NCBI GenBank assembly: GCA_964388765.1
Contig: CAYMBU010000001.1
Coordinates: 596-64,595, forward strand
Direction of reading: 5' to 3'
Source of the DNA: an uncultured Eubacterium sp.
Lineage (GTDB): Bacteria; Bacillota; Clostridia; Peptostreptococcales; Anaerovoracaceae
DNA length: 64,000 nucleotides
Shown here piece by piece: positions 47,193-56,161 of the stretch (the stretch's first letter is position 1; each line of letters starts with the position of its first letter). The notes below the pieces were generated by a model, which had not been told where the DNA came from, did not search any database, and saw nothing but the letters and a program-made list of their open reading frames with translations. The position numbers and the translations under genes are program-made.

Positions 47193-48101
47193 TTAAAGAA
47201 TATGGTTCTCCAATACCTGTTTATTGAAATCAAAGTCCTTGATCTGCAGGTAATATTCAGCTGAATCGATCAGTGCCTTCATCGGGCAGAGTCCGATAAG
47301 CTCACTTTCTGTCACAGTCACGCCGTAGCGCTTTGCCTCCATCTTTACCATCTCACATACTCTGTAGATAGGCGCCACCTCGAAGTTGGTGAGATTGCAT
47401 GATACCTGCGCGTATTTTCTTCCTGTCTCCTCGTCCTCGATGGCAAAGCCCATGGCTTTGACTGAATCGAGTCCGCCGTTCCTCTCGCGGATGATCGGCG
47501 CGATCTTCTTGGCGATCTCAACGTCGTCTGTGTTCAGGTTGAAGTTATATGCGATGAGAGGAGGTCTGGCGCCGACTGCCGTTACGCCAGCTGTCGGATG
47601 GATCCTGCGTCCGCCGAAATCCGGCTCCCAGTCAGGCTGTTTGACTTTTTCCGCCATGCCCTCGAACTGGCCCTTTCTGATGGTCACGAGATTTCTTCTC
47701 TCCGGCTTCTGCGCGGAATATTCATACAGGAATACAGGCACTCCTACCTCTTCAGCGATCCTTTTGCCGATCCATTTGGAAAGTTCGACGCAGTCGTCAG
47801 TCGTACAGTCTTTTATCGGAAGGATAGGCATAACGTCTACCGCGCCCATCCTAGGATGCTCGCCTTTATGCTTGGTGAGATCGATCAGCTCCGCGGCTTT
47901 CTTCTCCAGCTTCACGCTGGCTTCTTCTATTGCCTTGGCGTCTCCGATATATGTGATGACCGAGCGGTTGTGACTTTCGTCTGACGAATAATCAAGAAGC
48001 GTGCAGCCCGGGGTCGTCCTGATCTGGTCGACGCAGGCCTCGATAACTTCTTTGTTCCTTCCCTCGCTGATGTTCGGGATGCTTTCCATAATCTGTGCCA
48101 T
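47193..48101 (-). CDS. ftcd: Glutamate formimidoyltransferase
   Basis: ESIPNISEGR, HNRSVIT, GEHPRMGAVDV, VGARPPLIAYN, SELIGL.P. Confidence 0.92.
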   Translation of the reverse strand: MAQIMESIPNISEGRNKEVIEACVDQIRTTPGCTLLDYSSDESHNRSVITYIGDAKAIEEASVKLEKKAAELIDLTKHKGEHPRMGAVDVMPILPIKDCTTDDCVELSKWIGKRIAEEVGVPVFLYEYSAQKPERRNLVTIRKGQFEGMAEKVKQPDWEPDFGGRRIHPTAGVTAVGARPPLIAYNFNLNTDDVEIAKKIAPIIRERNGGLDSVKAMGFAIEDEETGRKYAQVSCNLTNFEVAPIYRVCEMVKMEAKRYGVTVTESELIGLCPMKALIDSAEYYLQIKDFDFNKQVLENHIL

Positions 48102-48111
48102 GTCTGTCCTC

Positions 48112-48744
48112 CTAGAATTGTTTCATTGTGTCTTCGTATAATCTGTCTGCGATCTCTGTGCCGCGGGCAAAAAGCTCGTCTGCCTCTGCAGAAAGCTTAT
48201 CCGCGGTCTCCTGGTCTTTGATGCCCGGAAGGTTGATCTTTACGTTCATATATGCGCCCTGGACGCAGAGCCTGAGGTTCATGACCCCTACTCCGAAGTC
48301 CGATAGGCAGTTCGGATTGAAGCTTCCGTTCAGATCCTCTGCGGCCTCAAGCGCGCTTACTGCTGCGCGCATGTTCGCAAGCGGCGCTTCGGTGGACGCT
48401 ATCGTCCCAGCCTGTATCGCGGCTCTCCTCGCAGCTTTCTCCTCGTCAGTTTCTTTCGGCATTCCGAACGCAGCCATGACCATGTTGAAAGCTTCCGTAT
48501 CACGGTCTATTCCTGCGGTCAGGATATCTACAGCCTCCGACAGCACGGGTTTTGCTGCTTTGCATGCCTCTTCAAGATCCTTGTATTTCTCTTTGCCGAT
48601 CGTAAGGTCGCACACCATCATGAGGAGGCCCGCACCCTGCGATCCCGCAAGAGCCGAGACCGAGCCGCCGCCCGGCGCCGGAGCGTCCGACTTGAGAACG
48701 TCGAGATAGTCACTGACAGTAAGATCTATTAGCTTGTCACTCAT
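48112..48744 (-). CDS. Formimidoyltetrahydrofolate cyclodeaminase/cyclohydrolase family protein
   Basis: SDAPAPGGGSVSAL, D.EAFN, N.NC.SD.GV, NVKINL. Confidence 0.9.
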   Translation of the reverse strand: MSDKLIDLTVSDYLDVLKSDAPAPGGGSVSALAGSQGAGLLMMVCDLTIGKEKYKDLEEACKAAKPVLSEAVDILTAGIDRDTEAFNMVMAAFGMPKETDEEKAARRAAIQAGTIASTEAPLANMRAAVSALEAAEDLNGSFNPNCLSDFGVGVMNLRLCVQGAYMNVKINLPGIKDQETADKLSAEADELFARGTEIADRLYEDTMKQF

Positions 48745-50051
48745 TACAGCACTTTACCTTTCTTTATTACTGTGTCGACCTGATTGCTGCAGAATCTGTA
48801 GCAGAGCATCTCCACGTCCGGAGCGTTCCAGATGCAGATGTCTGCCTGCTTGCCGGCTTCAAGCGTGCCGACCTTGCCTCCGAGTCCGATCGCGCAGGCC
48901 GGGTTGATCGTTACCGCCGTAAGCACTTCTTCAGGAAGCAGCTTGTACTTCAGGCAGGCGAGGTTCATGACGAACTGCAGATTCAGCGACGGGCAGGACC
49001 CCGGGTTGAAGTCTGTCGCGCAGGCTACAGGTATGCCCATATCTATCATCTTTCTCGCCGGAGCAAAACCCGCCTCCAGGTAGAATGACGTGGCTGGCAG
49101 GCACATCGCTGTAACGCCGCCCTTTGCCATGGAATCAAGGCCTTCCTGATTGATGCTGATCAGGTGCTCTGAGCTTACAGCTCCGAGCTCTCCTGCTAAT
49201 TTCGATCCGCCTATCGCGGCGATCTCATCCGCGTGGACTTTCAGGCCGAAGCCGAGTTCTTTCGCTCTTTCAAGATATTTTCTGCTCTGATCGTAATTAA
49301 ATACGGAATCTTCTGTGAAAACGTCGGCGTAATCGGCAAGATCGTGCTCCTTTACATACGGAAGCATTTCTTCGCAGACAAAATCTATGAATTTATCTGC
49401 GGCTCTCTTGTGCTGCTCCGGGGTCTCGAGCTCGCCAGGGCCGACTTCCTTGAATTCAGGTGGTACCGCATGTGGGCCCAGGAAAGTTGAAACGACATCC
49501 TGCGGACACTCGGCGTCAAGTCTTTTGATCACTCGGAGCATCTTGTACTCCGTTTCAGGGTCGAGGCCGTAGCCGCTCTTTGCTTCAACAGACGTCACGC
49601 CAAGACTTCCCATCTCCTGCAGGAATCCTCTGGTCTTCTCGAAGAGCTCGTCCTCATCTGCCTTTCTCGTATGCCTTACGGTATCAAGAATTCCTCCGCC
49701 GGCTCTCAGTATGTCGAGGTACGTAGCACCTTTCAGTTTCATCGGGATCTCATGCTGTCTGTATCCGCCGAACACCATGTGGGTGTGGCCGTCAACAAGG
49801 CCCGGTGTAACGAGCTTTCCGCCGGCGTCGATGACCTGACAGGTCCTGTCTCCCGCAACTGCAGCTCTTACGGCATCGCCCGCAGCGGCAGGCACTTTTC
49901 CGTCTGATGTTATCTCTTTGATGATGCCGTCTTCTGCGTAGATGCACGCATCTTTCAGCTTCAGGTTCTCGCCCTGAGCCTCACCCTTATGGCTGAAGCT
50001 TCCGACAGGTGTCTGAAGGAGTCCGATGTTTTTGATCAAAAGCCTGTACAT
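48744..50051 (-). CDS. hutI: Imidazolonepropionase
   Basis: PGLVDGHTH, EAKSGYGL, KVHADE, ATDFNPGS. Confidence 0.95.
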   Translation of the reverse strand: MYRLLIKNIGLLQTPVGSFSHKGEAQGENLKLKDACIYAEDGIIKEITSDGKVPAAAGDAVRAAVAGDRTCQVIDAGGKLVTPGLVDGHTHMVFGGYRQHEIPMKLKGATYLDILRAGGGILDTVRHTRKADEDELFEKTRGFLQEMGSLGVTSVEAKSGYGLDPETEYKMLRVIKRLDAECPQDVVSTFLGPHAVPPEFKEVGPGELETPEQHKRAADKFIDFVCEEMLPYVKEHDLADYADVFTEDSVFNYDQSRKYLERAKELGFGLKVHADEIAAIGGSKLAGELGAVSSEHLISINQEGLDSMAKGGVTAMCLPATSFYLEAGFAPARKMIDMGIPVACATDFNPGSCPSLNLQFVMNLACLKYKLLPEEVLTAVTINPACAIGLGGKVGTLEAGKQADICIWNAPDVEMLCYRFCSNQVDTVIKKGKVL

Positions 50052-50148
50052 GCCTGTTCTCCTTTCGTTTATCTTGTCCGCGCGCCGGCACGTATAAAAT
50101 CGGTCCGCGCACTACTCCGCGCGCGAGCTGGCTTTTGCTCCGGTATGC

Positions 50149-50188
50149 GCAAAACAGAAGGCCCGCCCTGCCCGGAAGCAGAACGGGC
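50149..50188 (-). terminator. Terminator-like hairpin between hutU and hutI
   Basis: RNA GCCCGUUCUGC-UUCCGG-GCAGGGCGGGC then CUUCUGUUUU. Confidence 0.55.
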
Positions 50189-50240
50189 TCGCCGTGTTGT
50201 TTTTTATACGGTCTGATCAAAGACCGCCTTGCGTATCATC

Positions 50241-50349
50241 TCTGTCCCGGGTGTCACATACATGTCACCCCCGGAACCGTCCCCAGCGTGTCACGTCTGT
50301 CCCCTGGTTCGCAATTCTGCGAAGGGGAGAAACGTCCCCACCTTCGCAT
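50241..50349. repeat. REP-like palindromic mosaic, copy 2
   Basis: tctgtcccgggtgtc, ggaaccgtcccc, ttcgca-attc-tgcgaa, gaaacgtccccaccttcgca; same modules as 41241-41364. Confidence 0.75.
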
Positions 50350-52373
50350 TAGTCCATGAAGTCGTCGATCGTCTTGTCGATGAGGTCGTCGTCAGCGATG
50401 AACGGAAGTGTGATGTGGCCTTTGCCAGCGTACTTCTTGTTGTACTCAGCTGATGTCGAAAGAGCATGCTCATTTCTCGCCCAGCTTCTTCTGGCAACTC
50501 CACCCATTACATCCCACATGACAGCTCTCTTGATGATCTCATCTGTTCTTTCTGAACCGTCAAGCAGGAGTCCGAATCCGCCGTTAATGGCTTTGCCGAT
50601 GCCTACGCCGCCGCCGTTATGCAGTGCACAGAGGGACATTCCTCTCGCTGCGTTTCCGGCGTAGCACTGAACGGCCATGTCAGCCATTACGTTAGAACCG
50701 TCTTTGATGTTTGATGTCTCACGGAACGGTGAGTCTGTACCGGATACGTCGTGGTGGTCACGGCCCATCATGATAGGACCGCACTTTCCTTCACGTACCA
50801 GCTTATTGAATGCAAGCGCGATGTCGCGGCGGCCTTCTGCGTCCTGATAGAGGATCCTGGCCTGTGTTCCGACAACGAGCTTGTTCTTCTTGGCGTCTCT
50901 GATCCATACCCAGTTGTCTCTGTCCTGAGCTCTTCTGGTCGGGTCGATGACTTCCATAGCAGTCTTGTCTGTGAGGTCGAGGTCTTCCGGCTTGCCGGAG
51001 AGGCAGCACCATCTGAATGGTCCGTATCCGTAGTCGAACAGTATCGGTCCCATGATATCCTCAACGTATGACGGCCAGATGAATCCGTCTTTATCGTCTA
51101 CTCCGTTCTTGGAGATCTCCTTGATGCCGGAGTCGTACATTGACTTCATGAAGCTGTTGCCGTAATCGAAGAAGTATGAACCTCTCTTGGTCAGCTCTTT
51201 GATAGCTGCGTAGTGTCTCCTCAGCGTCATGTCCACTCTGCGGCAGAACTCTTCTCTGTCGTCATGCAGCATCTGTGTTCTCTCTTCGAATGTCATGTCT
51301 ACCGGGCAGTAGCCTCCGCCGTATACGTTGTGGCATGATGTCTGGTCGGAAAGAAGGTCGATGTGGAAGTCTTTTTCTACTGCTGCTTCGAGCAGGTCTA
51401 CGATGTTTCCGTGGTATGCGATCGAGATCGTCTTCTTTTCTTTGATGTGTTCGTTTGCCACCTTGAAGATCTCATCTATGTCGTCCATTACTACGTCGAC
51501 CCATCCCTGATCGTAACGTGTCTTGATCCTGGACGCGTCAACTTCAGCAAAGATACCTACCGCGTTCGCGATGTTGGCTGCCTTAGGTTGAGCTCCGCTC
51601 ATTCCGCCAAGTCCTGATGACACGAATGTGTGTCCTGCGAGGTCTCCCTGTTCCGGGATCCCCAGATATTTTCTACCTGCGTTCAGGATGGTGTTGAATG
51701 TTCCATGTACGATACCCTGTGGTCCGATGTACATCCAGCCGCCTGCTGTCATCTGTCCGTAGTTGGCGACTCCCATCTCTTCCGCGACTTCCCAGTCCTC
51801 GAGGTTGTCATATTCACCTACCATGAGGGCGTTCGTGATGATGACTCTTGGCGCGTCTGGTCTTGAAGGGAAAAGTCCGAGCGGATTACCTGATTCTACT
51901 ACGAGTGTCTGGTCTTCTGTCAGCTCTTCAAGGTATTTCTTGATGAGTCTGTACTGCAGCCAGTTCTGGCATACAGAACCTGTTTCACCGTATGTTACGA
52001 GCTCGTACGGATACAGCGCGCACTCAAAGCTGAGGTTGTTGTCGATCATTACCTGGAAGGCTTTGCCCGCGAGGCATTTTCCTTTATATTCGTCGATCGG
52101 CTTGCCCCAGATGCGTCCTTCCGGCCTGTAACGGTAAGCATATACACGGCCTCTTGTCTTGAGCTCTTCCATGAACTCAGGCGCGAGTTTCTCATGCAGC
52201 TCTTCAGGAACATAACGAAGCGCATTCTTCAGCGCGATCTTTGCCTGGGCCTTCGTCAGTCTGAATCCTCTGTCCGGAGCTCTTCTGATACCATCGACAA
52301 ACTCCGGATAGTCCGGATATTCGTTGTCCAGTTTGATCGTCATAGCCTCCCCGATCTCTTTGTTGTTCAGCAT
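50349..52373 (-). CDS. hutU: Urocanate hydratase (long form)
   Basis: YPYELVTYGETG, YGQMTAGGWMYIGPQGIVHGT, SGLGGMSGAQ, GRDHHDVSGTDSPFRET, HNGGGVG. Confidence 0.96.
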   Translation of the reverse strand: MLNNKEIGEAMTIKLDNEYPDYPEFVDGIRRAPDRGFRLTKAQAKIALKNALRYVPEELHEKLAPEFMEELKTRGRVYAYRYRPEGRIWGKPIDEYKGKCLAGKAFQVMIDNNLSFECALYPYELVTYGETGSVCQNWLQYRLIKKYLEELTEDQTLVVESGNPLGLFPSRPDAPRVIITNALMVGEYDNLEDWEVAEEMGVANYGQMTAGGWMYIGPQGIVHGTFNTILNAGRKYLGIPEQGDLAGHTFVSSGLGGMSGAQPKAANIANAVGIFAEVDASRIKTRYDQGWVDVVMDDIDEIFKVANEHIKEKKTISIAYHGNIVDLLEAAVEKDFHIDLLSDQTSCHNVYGGGYCPVDMTFEERTQMLHDDREEFCRRVDMTLRRHYAAIKELTKRGSYFFDYGNSFMKSMYDSGIKEISKNGVDDKDGFIWPSYVEDIMGPILFDYGYGPFRWCCLSGKPEDLDLTDKTAMEVIDPTRRAQDRDNWVWIRDAKKNKLVVGTQARILYQDAEGRRDIALAFNKLVREGKCGPIMMGRDHHDVSGTDSPFRETSNIKDGSNVMADMAVQCYAGNAARGMSLCALHNGGGVGIGKAINGGFGLLLDGSERTDEIIKRAVMWDVMGGVARRSWARNEHALSTSAEYNKKYAGKGHITLPFIADDDLIDKTIDDFMD

Positions 52374-52644
52374 TTTCTACCTCCTGTTAAACTGTCTGCC
52401 GTATGTACCGCGCGGCCGCCTCTCTGGCTGTCCCGTTTACCGCCGCTGTACCCCGGCTCGACAGATATATGATCAGTACAGAATTAACTGATTATATTGT
52501 ACTCTTCAAGAAACATTTTTACAACTTAATCTGGCTTTTTTCTGCCTACTGCGGCTTGTTCCCGCAGTTATGAACCATCCATCTGTAGCTATTTTGCTTT
52601 TCTCCCACACTCAACTATGGGGACGAGCCCACAAAGCCATATGC

Positions 52645-52912
52645 AGCATCGGTTTTTGTTGCCGTTCTCTTACAAAACGCCCTGCGGTAACGGAATTCCA
52701 CCATTTTTCTTCGTACGGTAACGAAACTCGCATCCCAACAAAGGTTTTGGTTGCCGTTATCTTACAAAACGCTCTGCGGTAACGGAAATCCGCAAATTTT
52801 ATTAGTACGGTAACGAAACCAGCATCCCATCAACTGTTTTTGTTGCCGTTCCATTACAAAACCGCTCTGCGGTAACGGAATTCCGCAAATTTTCTTCGTA
52901 CGGTAACGAAAC
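52645..52912. repeat. Three imperfect tandem ~92-bp repeats (GTTGCCG..CGGTAAC..CGGTAAC)
   Basis: GTTGCCG at 52658, 52750, 52842; CGGTAAC at 52685/52716, 52777/52808, 52870/52901. Confidence 0.88.
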
Positions 52913-52962
52913 CTCGACCTTTGTAGAAAACATCGACATCTGCAGATAAAATAAAGCATATT

Positions 52963-53859
52963 CTATGCAAACATGCGCTCTTTTATCTTGTCCAGCGCTT
53001 CAATCATCATTAACTCATTTGTATGATGATCGATGTCATCGCTTGTGCCAATGAGGTTGTCGCCAAGAATAAAACCGCAATCAAGATATTCCTGTATCTT
53101 TCTCTTGTTTCTTTCAGCGTATCTTTCGTCAGCCCAGTCGCCAAAATGCTCCACCAGAATAATGCTTCCATCAAAACATTTGAACTGAAAATCAGGATAC
53201 AGCTTATGCCATTGCCCACTTCTACCCTGGATGATCAATTCGGGATCATATCTGACCGGCAGGCCTTCAAATAAAATATTGTCATACCACATACATTCAC
53301 CCTTTGAACGCATAGGAGTACCATCGCTTGCAATATTTGGATTGTGCGGAAGAGGCATGGGATTTTTATTATACTTCTCCGATGCCCATGAAAGCAGTTT
53401 CTTGAATCGTTCATCCTTGTAGATGTTGTATGGCAGATGTCTATATGACTTATGAAAAGCATTTGCTCCGGTATCCTCATACCGCCCGACCGGAAGCTCC
53501 TGGTATGAAACAGGCAGTTTTTTCTGTATCGTCTCCGGCGAATAATCTTTATATTTTGCCAGAAACTGTTCAATGGCTTTTCTGTCGAGCTTTAAAAGCT
53601 TCAGCTTTTCACGGAAATACCGTTGGCGCTTATAGGCGATCACCTTTTTGTTGTCGGCTTTTCCCAGTGGATATAATTTCTTATTGCCGTTGTTCCAATC
53701 CTGCTCATAATAGTCAATGCAGCCGGCGCTCCTGACTCTTGACACAAGGGTCATATCAGGCAGGTCGTCATATGTTTTCAGACGTTTTTCTGTCTCATCA
53801 ATCAAATCATCGAGCATAAGCAATTGTCTTTTCATTATTTCAACGATGAACATTATCAA
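52963..53859 (-). CDS. Hypothetical protein: N-terminal coiled coil and C-terminal Vsr/DUF559-like PD-(D/E)XK-type nuclease motif
   Basis: MRSKGE...YDPEL...YPDF......VEHFG...Y...K...Y...G pattern; visibly more AT-rich than the hut genes. Confidence 0.55.
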   Translation of the reverse strand: MIMFIVEIMKRQLLMLDDLIDETEKRLKTYDDLPDMTLVSRVRSAGCIDYYEQDWNNGNKKLYPLGKADNKKVIAYKRQRYFREKLKLLKLDRKAIEQFLAKYKDYSPETIQKKLPVSYQELPVGRYEDTGANAFHKSYRHLPYNIYKDERFKKLLSWASEKYNKNPMPLPHNPNIASDGTPMRSKGECMWYDNILFEGLPVRYDPELIIQGRSGQWHKLYPDFQFKCFDGSIILVEHFGDWADERYAERNKRKIQEYLDCGFILGDNLIGTSDDIDHHTNELMMIEALDKIKERMFA

Positions 53860-53989
53860 AGTCCTCTCTGTTGCATGTGATTATCGTATGGGTTTTCGGG
53901 GAGTGTGTTAAAACTACTGCGTTATATGCTTTATGTCAAGAGAAAATGAAAAGAAAAAAGCCGGCGGGGAATAGTAAGTTTTTTATCTT

Positions 53990-54086
53990 TGCAGCGCATC
54001 AAAAAACAGGGACGATTTCAGACGTCCCTGTTCCTGGCAGCGCATCAAAAAACAGGGACGGTTTCGGACGTCCCTGTTCCTGTTCC
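53990..54086 (-). terminator. Tandem duplicated (46-bp) terminator hairpins after hutH
   Basis: gcagcgcatcaaaaaacagggacg-N8-cgtccctgttcctg at 53991 and 54037; U6 tails on the minus strand. Confidence 0.8.
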
Positions 54087-54134
54087 GTATCAAGATGTAT
54101 TGCAGTTCCGCGTTGCTGCGCCGGCCCTCTCGCG

Positions 54135-55676
54135 TTACCGAAGCTCTACCACTTTCTCTACTGCGCCAAGCAATGATCCGTCCTTGACCATGCGGTCGAA
54201 TTTTACGAGCTCGTCGTGCATGACGACATCGTCGTCAACAGGATCAGACTCCTCCCTGATCCTGTCATATGCGGCTTTTGTTGCAGGGGCGAGATTACCG
54301 AGATCGCTTTCACCGATCTCCTGCCTCAGCCATATCGCCTGCGCCGCACACCCGAGCTCGATGCCGAGCACCTTCTCGGTGTTGTCCAGGACCATTGCAG
54401 CTGTTCTGGCTGACGTCATACCCATTGATACGTGGTCTTCCTGATTCCCCGAAGACGGGATCGAGTCGACGCACGCCGGATGGTCATATATTTTATTCTC
54501 CGAAACAAGCGATGCAGCAGCGTACTGCGTGATCATGAATCCGGAGCAGACTCCGCCGTACTTGGTCAGGAACGCAGGCAGCCCTTCAGAAAGCGCCGGA
54601 TTTACCAGACGCTCAATACGTCTCTCCGAAATATCCGCGAGCTCTGAAATGGCCATCTTCATGAAGTCAAAAGCGAGCGCCATAGGCTGTCCGTGGAAGT
54701 TTCCGCCCGAGATGACCTCGTCGTCGTCCGGGAAGATCAGCGGATTGTCGGTAACGGCATTGATCTCTGTGGATACGACGTCATATACATATCTGAAAGC
54801 GTCTCTTGACGCGCCGTGTACCTGAGGCGTGCAGCGAAGCGTGTACGGATCCTGGACTTTTGTTTCCTGGTCGCGCAGAGCGTTTTTGCTCCCGGCGAGC
54901 AGGTCGAGCAGGTTAGCGGCCGACTCTTTCTGTCCCTGATAACCGCGGAGATCCTGCACTTTCGGATCGTATGCGGAAGTAACGCCGTGGAGCGATTCGT
55001 CCGTCATCGCGCATGCTATGTCAGCGACCTTGGCAAGATGCATCGCGTCCCAGAGCACATTCAGACCGACAGCGGTGAGCATCTGAGTACCGTTGTTCAG
55101 CGCCAGGCCTTCCTTCGCGGAAAGCTCGACCGGCTTGATGCTCTCCTTGTACATCGCTTCAGCCGAAGTTACGACTTCACCTTTATATTCGCAGAAGCCT
55201 TCGCCCATGAGACCGAGCGCTATACAAGACAGCGGCGCAAGGTCACCGGACGCGCCGAGGCTTCCCTTTTCAGGAACCAGCGGGTGGATCCCCGCGTTCA
55301 GCATGTCGAGCATCGTCTGTATCGTCGACAGCCTGATGCCGGAATTGCCGCGGACCAGCGCGTTGCATCTGAGCAGCATCGCTGTCCTGACATATTTTCT
55401 CTCGAAGCACTCGCCCATCGCACAGGTATGGCTCCTGATGAGGTTTTTCTGCAGCTTGGCAGAATCCTTCTTGGATATCTTTATATTCGCAAACTTTCCG
55501 AAGCCTGTCGTGAGCCCGTAGATCACGGCATCCTCATCCAGTTTTTTGTCGATATACGCTCTCGCTTTGTTTACGCGTTCCTTTGCGTCCTCGGCGATCT
55601 CGACCTTCTCCATGTCGCGCGCGACTCTTATCGCATCCTCGATCGTAAGGTCTTTACCATTGATAATGACTGCCAT
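54135..55676 (-). CDS. hutH: Histidine ammonia-lyase
   Basis: YGLTTGFG, GSLGASGDLAPL (MIO), KEGLALNNGT, QDPYTLRC.PQVHGA, SGGNFHG, NQEDHVSM. Confidence 0.96.
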   Translation of the reverse strand: MAVIINGKDLTIEDAIRVARDMEKVEIAEDAKERVNKARAYIDKKLDEDAVIYGLTTGFGKFANIKISKKDSAKLQKNLIRSHTCAMGECFERKYVRTAMLLRCNALVRGNSGIRLSTIQTMLDMLNAGIHPLVPEKGSLGASGDLAPLSCIALGLMGEGFCEYKGEVVTSAEAMYKESIKPVELSAKEGLALNNGTQMLTAVGLNVLWDAMHLAKVADIACAMTDESLHGVTSAYDPKVQDLRGYQGQKESAANLLDLLAGSKNALRDQETKVQDPYTLRCTPQVHGASRDAFRYVYDVVSTEINAVTDNPLIFPDDDEVISGGNFHGQPMALAFDFMKMAISELADISERRIERLVNPALSEGLPAFLTKYGGVCSGFMITQYAAASLVSENKIYDHPACVDSIPSSGNQEDHVSMGMTSARTAAMVLDNTEKVLGIELGCAAQAIWLRQEIGESDLGNLAPATKAAYDRIREESDPVDDDVVMHDELVKFDRMVKDGSLLGAVEKVVELR

Positions 55677-55830
55677 TACGTCCTCCTGATCAAAATCCTC
55701 ATGCCGTGGCCTTTCGCGGCGGCCTCGTTCTGGCCACGATCAAAGCCCTTATCCGGCACTGTCAAAAGAATATTTATACAGTTTTTCTGCATATCCCCTC
55801 GAGCGGGGATCCTGCGTCCATCTACCTCGA

Positions 55831-55858
55831 ATTATACCACCGATCCGCAGAAATTCAA
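55831..55858 (-). promoter_or_regulatory. SigmaA promoter of hutH
   Basis: TTGAAT-N16-TATAAT with extended TGn. Confidence 0.55.
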
Positions 55859-55937
55859 TACCCCCGTGCGGTTCAGGGGCTCCCGCTTTATCCCTCTATC
55901 GATTTAACGCATTAATGCTTTAATGTATAATTATTAA

Positions 55938-56086
55938 TGCGAAGGCAGGTGCGAAGGCAGGGACGTTTCCCACCTTAGCATTTTGGCGAAGGTGGGGACG
56001 GTTCTGGCCGACACATCCATGATATGGGCAGAACCGTCCCCGGTGTCGCATTTTTGCGACACCGGGAAACGTCCCCACCCTCGCAA
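55938..56086. repeat. REP-like palindromic mosaic, copy 3
   Basis: tgcgaaggcagg x2, gggacgtttccc, ggggacggttctg...cagaaccgtcccc, ccggtgtcgca-tttt-tgcgacaccgg, gaaacgtccccacc. Confidence 0.82.
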
Positions 56087-56115
56087 TTGAATTGACGCAT
56101 GTCTTCATATATAAT
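56087..56115 (+). promoter_or_regulatory. SigmaA promoter of the transglutaminase/MBOAT operon
   Basis: TTGAAT-N17-TATAAT directly abutting the REP-like mosaic. Confidence 0.65.
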
Positions 56116-56161
56116 AGGTACAGATACTAAGATCCTTTTACTTCACAGGAGGATGCCAACA

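Noticed and set aside
52645-52912. 92-bp array as CRISPR
   Set aside because: The whole unit is imperfectly repeated; there are no identical repeats with unique spacers.
54816-55907. 363-aa plus-strand ORF
   Set aside because: Antisense shadow of hutH with no recognisable motifs.
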